Shown here: positions 57,713 through 64,000 of the stretch, in pieces
Numbering within the stretch: position 1 is the first letter of the stretch
Layout of the letters: every line of letters starts with the position of its first letter
Origin: an uncultured Pseudomonadales bacterium
GTDB taxonomy: Bacteria; Patescibacteriota; Microgenomatia; UBA1400; MFAQ01
NCBI GenBank assembly: GCA_964357975.1
Contig: CAYHNG010000004.1
Coordinates: forward strand, 6,380 to 70,379
DNA: 64,000 nt
Reading direction: 5' to 3'
Program-made: the position numbers and the translations under genes
The notes under the pieces: generated by a model
Database searches by the model: none
What the model was told of the DNA's origin: nothing
The model's input: only the letters and a program-made list of their open reading frames with translations

Positions 57713-58533
57713 AAATCAACTCTGAAAAATCGGAAATGACTTTCAATTTAGAAAGATTGGCAGAAACTTCAAATTCTCTCGTACTTGTCACAGCCGCCAA
57801 TATGTTAATTGAGAATTCAGCTGTTACGATTCAGCCTTCAAAAGAAGTAACTGAAAAACTTCTTTCTCTTTTAGATGCACTCGAGGAAATGCCTGCAATA
57901 AACGCCTTTGCAATTGAAGGGGTCAGAGGTTCTGGTAAAACGACTCAGATCGGTCTTCTCGAAAACGGTGATTTTGCTGTCTCAGGAAGCCGGTTAATAA
58001 CTCCACTATATACAGATTTTATTCAGCCTCAGAAAAAAGACGTGTACATGACGATGTTTGGAGGAGAGGGAAGACCCACCGGAAGCATCATTGACTCACT
58101 AATAATCGCCGCTTTTCACGCTGATCGGTTAACAAGAGTTCAGGCTATCAGTTATAACAAGCCCTTATTGATTGATAGACATTGGCTTTCATTTTATGCC
58201 ATTGAGAGGGCTAAAATGATCCAATCCGGGTTAGATGCTGAAATAGCTGAAAACATTGTCGCCAAAATTGTAACGACTTGGAACCAGGTTAATCTTACCT
58301 TAGTACTTCATAATGTTCTCGTAGCTGTCGGTGAAAATAGAATCATACAACGTGGAGAGGCGGTTCGAAGTGAAAACGAAATACAGATTGAGACTCTAGT
58401 ATCAGAGACGATTGAACTCTTTTGTGGCGGAAAATCCCTCATACCCAAATTTAACAATACCACCAAATTTTTTGATGCCCAAAAATCTGCCGAGGTTTTG
58501 CACGAAGAAATTAAACAGTACTTTATAAAATGA
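57709..58533 (+). CDS. Thymidylate-kinase-like NMP kinase with N-terminal extension
   Basis: AIEGVRGSGKTTQ, ADR, LLIDRHWLS, RIIQRG and DAQKS motifs. ATGA overlap with the upstream gene. Confidence 0.75.
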   Translation: MKINSEKSEMTFNLERLAETSNSLVLVTAANMLIENSAVTIQPSKEVTEKLLSLLDALEEMPAINAFAIEGVRGSGKTTQIGLLENGDFAVSGSRLITPLYTDFIQPQKKDVYMTMFGGEGRPTGSIIDSLIIAAFHADRLTRVQAISYNKPLLIDRHWLSFYAIERAKMIQSGLDAEIAENIVAKIVTTWNQVNLTLVLHNVLVAVGENRIIQRGEAVRSENEIQIETLVSETIELFCGGKSLIPKFNNTTKFFDAQKSAEVLHEEIKQYFIK

Positions 58534-59177
58534 AAAAAATAGAACTTGAAATTGACGAACTAAAAAAACGTTGGAACGAACGAGCATCAAGTTGGGATAA
58601 TGACTTAAAAGATCCGGAGCATTATTCAAATTTTGAACATTCTTATGAAAGAACCGATAGATTCACTTTAAAATATTTAAATCAGATATTTTCAATTAAT
58701 AAAGCAAATAATTCTCTCGATTTAGGATGTGGTACGGGAGAAAGTACTGTGAAACTAATACCTTATGCCCACAATATTTTTGGGGTAGATATCTCCGGAA
58801 ATATGATCCTAAATGCTATTTCAAAAAAATATCCCATCGAATTTACCTGTCAAAACGCAATGTCATTAAGCTTCCCAGATCAAATGTTTGATCTGGTAAT
58901 ATCTCGCGGCATCATGATCTCCCATGTACCTCTTGGGGGACAGGAAGATGTTGTTAGGGAAGTTGCCAGAATCACCCATAAGGGATCTGTAATCATCCTT
59001 GACTTTCTTCACGATATCGAAACAAAGAAGAAATATACAAAGTATTCTTCACCAAAAGCGCATTATAATGAAGAATCGATTATTTTACTTCTTAAGAGTG
59101 TGAATATAACGGGTAAATATTATTATGGTGGCACAAAAACCGAACGAGTAAATCGTATAGCAATTATTCGAGATTAA
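58530..59177 (+). CDS. Class I SAM-dependent methyltransferase
   Basis: LDLGCGTG, GVDIS..M, LSFPDQMFDLV and EVARI motifs. Confidence 0.9.
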   Translation: MKKIELEIDELKKRWNERASSWDNDLKDPEHYSNFEHSYERTDRFTLKYLNQIFSINKANNSLDLGCGTGESTVKLIPYAHNIFGVDISGNMILNAISKKYPIEFTCQNAMSLSFPDQMFDLVISRGIMISHVPLGGQEDVVREVARITHKGSVIILDFLHDIETKKKYTKYSSPKAHYNEESIILLLKSVNITGKYYYGGTKTERVNRIAIIRD

Positions 59178-59178
59178 A

Positions 59179-59736
59179 ATGAAACAAATTCACTTCGCTA
59201 CAACTAATGAATATAAAATCAAATTTGCTAACAATCTTTTAAGAACTCATGACTGGGAATGTGTACCAGGAAAAGTAAATTTAATTGAGCCGCAATCAAT
59301 GACACAAGAAGAAATATCCCAATACAAAGTGTTACAGGCATATGAGCAATTAAAAGTTCCTGTAATTACAATGGATTCAGGAATTTTTATTAGTGCTCTA
59401 AAAGGATTCCCAGGCATATACACTGCTGATTTTTTCAAATCTCTGAATAATGACCAGATTCTTCAGCTAATGGAAAAAGAATCTGACCGCAGCGCTTATA
59501 TCCAGCAAACATTATCGATAAATAACGGCGAGGAAATAAAATCTTTCACTAGTAAATCAGAAGGAGTCATTGTTCAATCTACGGAGGCAGGCGAAGGTTA
59601 CGCTTTCGACGCTTTTTTTAAACCAAATATTACAGGTAAGATAATGGCTAAGATGACAGAAGGTGAAAAGAGTTTAATCTGGGGTGAAGCGTGGAACAAA
59701 TTGGGTGATTTCCTAAACAGCTCATCATTACAATAG
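59179..59736 (+). CDS. HAM1/ITPase-family NTP pyrophosphatase
   Basis: FATTNEYK, EPQ, DSGIFISALKGFPGIYT and GYAFDAFF motifs. Confidence 0.85.
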   Translation: MKQIHFATTNEYKIKFANNLLRTHDWECVPGKVNLIEPQSMTQEEISQYKVLQAYEQLKVPVITMDSGIFISALKGFPGIYTADFFKSLNNDQILQLMEKESDRSAYIQQTLSINNGEEIKSFTSKSEGVIVQSTEAGEGYAFDAFFKPNITGKIMAKMTEGEKSLIWGEAWNKLGDFLNSSSLQ

Positions 59737-59789
59737 TTTATTTAAACTCTTCGGGTATTTTAGGGTGATTTGGCGTATAATAAACAGTC

Positions 59790-62714
59790 ATGTCCGGCAC
59801 ATCACCTTCCACTCATTTGATCATCAAGGGAGCTCGTCAGCATAACCTCAAGAACATCAATCTGACACTACCCAAGAACAAACTCGTCGTTTTCACCGGT
59901 GTTTCGGGTAGCGGAAAGTCCAGCATGGCCCACGATACCATCTACGCTGAAGGTCAACGACGCTATGTCGAGTCTCTCTCCTCCTATGCGCGACAATTTT
60001 TAGGGGTCATGGACAAGCCCGATGTCGATCAGATTGAAGGACTTTCCCCGGCCATCCTCATCGACCAAAAGCAGGGGAGCCACAATCCTCGCAGTACCGT
60101 CGGCACCGTCACCGAGATCTATGACTATCTCCGTCTTCTCTTTGCCCGTATTGGGCACCCTCACTGCCCCCAATGCGGTCGTGAAATCATGCCTCAGGAT
60201 ATTAACCAAATCTACAAAGCGGTCATCGATCTGGCCGTCAGTCACCCCAGCTATCAAAAGCAAAAGGGTGTGCGTTTACTAATCCTGGCTCCCATTGTCA
60301 AAAATCAGAAAGGTGAATTCAAAGAGCTTTTTCCGGGCTTGGTCAAGCAGGGGATAGCCGAAGTCAGAGTCGACCGCAAAATCCTCTCCACTCAATCCAC
60401 CCTTTCTCTCTTCAAAAATAATCGACACAATGTCGAGGCCGTTATCGACAAGATCATCATTGGCCAGGTCGGTGGTAGTCCGGAGTATGAAAAACAAAGA
60501 TTGGTCGATTCTTTAGAACAAGCTCTCAAAATTTCCGATGGCGAAGTCTATGTCAGCATTGTAATCGATCCTTCGCTTTCCTTTCCCACCGATCCTGAAG
60601 ATATGGAAGATCATTTGTTCTCTCAGAAGCTCGCTTGTCCGATCGACAACATATCTATACCCGAAATAGAACCACGTTATTTTTCTTTCAATGCTCCCGA
60701 GGGCGCCTGTCCGGAATGCACCGGACTAGGAACCAAAATGGTCTTGGACACTGACTCGGTTGTATCTCCTTCATTAAGTTTTCTTGAGGGTGCCATTATT
60801 CCTCTGGCTTCTCAATTCGAAAGCAGAACCTGGTTAGCTAAATTAATTCTTGAAGCCATGGAATCAGTGGGCTTTCCTGGAAACAAACCTCTCTTTGATA
60901 TGACGGAAGAACAAAAGAATTTTCTCTTTAAAGGCACCGCCGAAAAAAACTTTTCCATCAAGGGCATTAACCGGCACGGCAAGCACGTCCTTCGAAGGAT
61001 GACCTTTGGTGGACTTTCCAAAGAGTTCGAGAGACGCTATGAAGAGTCTTCTTCGGAATCTTTTAAGGAAGAAATCTCCAAGTATTTAATCCGCAAAACC
61101 TGCCCGGTTTGTTTTGGAACCCGTCTCAAGCCGGAAGTCTTGGCCGTTCACGTAGACAACCAATCAATTAGTGAGATTACCTCTTGGTCAACCGCCAAAT
61201 CTTTCACTTTTTTCCAAGATTTATTCAAAAAACTTACAGCCACCGAAAAGCAAATCAGTGAGCCAATTGTCAAGGAAATCGGGGATCGGCTAAGTTTCCT
61301 AATGTCCGTTGGGCTTGACTATATTACTTTGGCTCGGGAATCCGGCACTCTTTCCGGTGGTGAGCTTCAAAGAATTCGTCTGGCTAGCCAAATTGGTTCT
61401 CGACTAACCGGCATTCTCTATGTTTTAGACGAGCCCACCATTGGCTTACACCAGCGCGACAACGCTAAACTTATCAAAACTCTTCAGGACCTCGTATCGC
61501 TCGGAAATTCCTTAGTTGTTGTTGAGCACGATCAACAAACCATGGAGTGTGCTGATCACATCGTCGAATTTGGACCAAAAGCGGGTTATTTGGGTGGAAA
61601 GATTACTTTTGAAGGTACGGTGGAAGAGATGAAAACTTCTGACTGTCTTACTGGACAATATCTTTCCGGCAAGAAAGCCGTTGTCGCCACAATACCGAAA
61701 GAACCCACAGAAAGTCCGGCTTCCATTCGGCTTACCGGCTGCACTCACCACAATTTAAAAAACATTGAGGTTGATTTTCCCCTGAACAAATTTGTTGCGG
61801 TTACCGGCGTTTCCGGATCAGGAAAATCATCACTGGTGGTAGACACTTTGTATGAAGCTCTGTCTCAAAAACTTAACCCTTTACACCATAAAGAAGATAT
61901 TCAATTTGGCACTATCACTATTCCGGATATTGTCAGAAGGGTTTCTTTGATAGACCAAAGTCCCATCGGCAAAACTCCCAGAAGTAATCCGGCTACCTAT
62001 ACCAAAGTCTTCGACTATATTAGACAGTTATTTGCCAACACCCAAGAAGCCAGATATCGCGGATACGGACCTGGACGTTTTAGTTTTAATGTCAAAGGCG
62101 GCCGCTGCGAAACCTGCGAGGGAGATGGTCAGATTAAAATTGAGATGCAGTTTCTAGGTGACATCTATATTACGTGCGAAACCTGCAAAGGCACCCGTTT
62201 TAATGATCCTACTTTGGAAGTTGAATACAAAGGTAAAAATATTGCTCAGGTTCTTGGTATGACTATGGACGAAGCCAGTGACTTTTTTAGAAACGTCCCC
62301 GCGATCAACAAAAAAATTGAAACTATTAAAAAAGTTGGACTTGGATATATCAAGTTGGGACAAAGCGCCCCTACACTTTCAGGGGGAGAGGCCCAGCGTG
62401 TCAAGTTGGCCACCGAACTCGCCAAAACCGGTAGTGGTCACACGGTTTATATCCTCGACGAACCCACCACCGGACTTCACTTTGAAGACCTTAGTAAGCT
62501 CGTTCAGACCCTCGTTGACTTGGTCAATCAAAATAATACGGTTATTGTTATCGAACATAATCTAGACGTTATCAAGAATGCCGACTATATTATTGACATT
62601 GGGCCTGAGGGAGGAGATTTGGGAGGTGAACTGATTGCCAAAGGTAAACCATCTCATGTTTCCGCAAAATACGACACCCCAACGGCTCAAGAGTTAAAAA
62701 AGCTAGTCTTCTAA
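59790..62714 (+). CDS. uvrA: Excinuclease ABC subunit A
   Basis: GARQHNLKN, two GVSGSGKSS Walker A motifs, zinc fingers and LSGGE signatures. Confidence 0.97.
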   Translation: MSGTSPSTHLIIKGARQHNLKNINLTLPKNKLVVFTGVSGSGKSSMAHDTIYAEGQRRYVESLSSYARQFLGVMDKPDVDQIEGLSPAILIDQKQGSHNPRSTVGTVTEIYDYLRLLFARIGHPHCPQCGREIMPQDINQIYKAVIDLAVSHPSYQKQKGVRLLILAPIVKNQKGEFKELFPGLVKQGIAEVRVDRKILSTQSTLSLFKNNRHNVEAVIDKIIIGQVGGSPEYEKQRLVDSLEQALKISDGEVYVSIVIDPSLSFPTDPEDMEDHLFSQKLACPIDNISIPEIEPRYFSFNAPEGACPECTGLGTKMVLDTDSVVSPSLSFLEGAIIPLASQFESRTWLAKLILEAMESVGFPGNKPLFDMTEEQKNFLFKGTAEKNFSIKGINRHGKHVLRRMTFGGLSKEFERRYEESSSESFKEEISKYLIRKTCPVCFGTRLKPEVLAVHVDNQSISEITSWSTAKSFTFFQDLFKKLTATEKQISEPIVKEIGDRLSFLMSVGLDYITLARESGTLSGGELQRIRLASQIGSRLTGILYVLDEPTIGLHQRDNAKLIKTLQDLVSLGNSLVVVEHDQQTMECADHIVEFGPKAGYLGGKITFEGTVEEMKTSDCLTGQYLSGKKAVVATIPKEPTESPASIRLTGCTHHNLKNIEVDFPLNKFVAVTGVSGSGKSSLVVDTLYEALSQKLNPLHHKEDIQFGTITIPDIVRRVSLIDQSPIGKTPRSNPATYTKVFDYIRQLFANTQEARYRGYGPGRFSFNVKGGRCETCEGDGQIKIEMQFLGDIYITCETCKGTRFNDPTLEVEYKGKNIAQVLGMTMDEASDFFRNVPAINKKIETIKKVGLGYIKLGQSAPTLSGGEAQRVKLATELAKTGSGHTVYILDEPTTGLHFEDLSKLVQTLVDLVNQNNTVIVIEHNLDVIKNADYIIDIGPEGGDLGGELIAKGKPSHVSAKYDTPTAQELKKLVF

Positions 62715-62715
62715 A

Positions 62716-64000
62716 TTGCCATATAAAATTACTACCACTTTCTTAATATTTCTAGGAATTCTTTTTCTAATTTTTCCCGAAAAATCTTTGGCGTTGGCCA
62801 AGTTTAATACCAACTATCAGATTTACTATCAAGTAGAAGATACGGGTAAGACTCACGTCAAATTTGTCATCAATCAAAAAAACAACTTATCTGTTGTTTA
62901 TGCGACCAATTACGGCTTGAGTGTCAACGAGACTAAGATCGAAAACATTAAGGTCATGGATGAGGGTAATCCTGTTTCTCCTGATGTAATCAAAAGTCTC
63001 AACCAAACCTCAATATCCTTTCCTTTCACTAGTAAGATTGTGGGAAAAGATAAAAACCACACTTTCACCATTGAATACAACACAACTGATATAACGACCA
63101 AGTCAGGCAACACCTGGCAAATTGACATTCCTCGTTTAGAACCTGATGAAAATGTTACAGAGCAGACCGTCATTCTAACTGTCCCGTCGGGATTTGCACC
63201 GCCGGCATATATCGACCCCAAGCCCGACATTATCAATGGAAATGTCTACTACTTCAGTGGCCAAAAAATCGCCAACAAATCCATTAGTGCTATCTTTGGA
63301 AAAACTCAGTACTATCAGGGTAAACTCAACTATCATTTGGTCAATAACGAAAGAGAGAAGCTTCGGACGGAGATTGCTCTACCACCCGATACTTCTTATC
63401 AAACGGTTTTTTATCAAAGCATCAATCCTCCACCGGAGGAAATTGTCAGTGATCGAGACGGAAACTATCTAGCAAAATATACTCTTGCACCCGGTGAAAA
63501 AAAGGATATTCTGGTAAATCTGGTCGTCAAACTCGACTTTATTCCCAAACCCACGAATCTTCAGCCTTCGGATAATATGATATTAAAAAATTCTATTTGG
63601 AACTATGACAATGGGGCTTTTGACATTCCAGAGATAAGAAGCCTAAAAACTCCCAAATCAATCTATGACTACGTCACCGATAAACTGAAATACGACTACG
63701 AAAAACTGAATCGCGAAAGACCTACAAGATCGCCTGCAGCCGAATCTCTCATCAATAGCCAGAGTGCTATCTGTACCGATTTTACCAATATCTTTGTCTC
63801 GATCGCCAGAAAGTCAGGCATTCCATCGCGGGAATTGGAAGGCTACGCCATCTCCGAAAACCCGGATCTAAAACCATTATCTCTGACTCAAGATGTTCTT
63901 CATGCATGGCCAGAATACTTTGACAAAACAAAAAGTACCTGGACTCAAATCGATCCGACTTGGGCCAACACTACAAGAGGCATTGATTATTTTAATAAGC
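62716..64000 (+). CDS. Secreted transglutaminase-like domain protein (3'-truncated by window edge)
   Basis: Not in the ORF track because it runs off the end. TTG start, signal peptide, then AICTDF..ARKSGIPSR, LHAWPEY and DPTW (Cys-His-Asp triad). Confidence 0.8.
   Translation, partial: MPYKITTTFLIFLGILFLIFPEKSLALAKFNTNYQIYYQVEDTGKTHVKFVINQKNNLSVVYATNYGLSVNETKIENIKVMDEGNPVSPDVIKSLNQTSISFPFTSKIVGKDKNHTFTIEYNTTDITTKSGNTWQIDIPRLEPDENVTEQTVILTVPSGFAPPAYIDPKPDIINGNVYYFSGQKIANKSISAIFGKTQYYQGKLNYHLVNNEREKLRTEIALPPDTSYQTVFYQSINPPPEEIVSDRDGNYLAKYTLAPGEKKDILVNLVVKLDFIPKPTNLQPSDNMILKNSIWNYDNGAFDIPEIRSLKTPKSIYDYVTDKLKYDYEKLNRERPTRSPAAESLINSQSAICTDFTNIFVSIARKSGIPSRELEGYAISENPDLKPLSLTQDVLHAWPEYFDKTKSTWTQIDPTWANTTRGIDYFNK

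Noticed and set aside
1-64000. CRISPR array, rRNA, intact IS, integrase or prophage
   Set aside because: I saw no regularly spaced repeats, rRNA-like sequence, or intact transposase, integrase or structural phage genes.
1-64000. Alternative genetic code (TGA read as Gly or Trp)
   Set aside because: galU, gatA, ruvA and eno end at TGA at the expected lengths, and long genes have no internal TGA.

Overview
A 64 kb bacterial chromosome segment in standard genetic code, most consistent with a Patescibacteria/CPR (Microgenomates-like) genome. This lineage call is inferred from gene style, not from a marker gene. The backbone is housekeeping: clpB, galU, gatCAB, dnaE, rplS, tRNA-Glu and tRNA-Lys, ruvCAB, holA, a DEAD-box helicase, a P-type ATPase, pncB, a sugar-phosphate block (two PMM/PGM, PGI/PMI, ppsA, eno, gpmI), rsmI, lexA, uvrB and uvrA. 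The most striking element is an AT-rich island between uvrB and uvrA. It carries a tightly coupled nine-gene operon: queD, queE, folE, a phosphoribosyltransferase, a P-loop kinase, an FAD oxidoreductase, a thymidylate-kinase-like protein, a SAM methyltransferase and a HAM1 pyrophosphatase. The window has no queC, queF, tgt or dpdA, and a divergent NDT-fold/ribbon-helix-helix regulator sits upstream of the operon. The gene set suggests synthesis of a free 7-deazaguanine nucleotide analogue rather than a tRNA or DNA modification. Other signals are a CIRCE box at clpB, an NrtR-type box at pncB, a direct-repeat candidate LexA box, and widespread leaderless genes that contrast with scattered self-contained ORFan cassettes. 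The window also has GTCAT-type palindromic repeats, an interrupted duplicate of the tRNA-Lys 5' end, a frameshifted zeta-like kinase and a degenerate IS200 TnpA-like gene.
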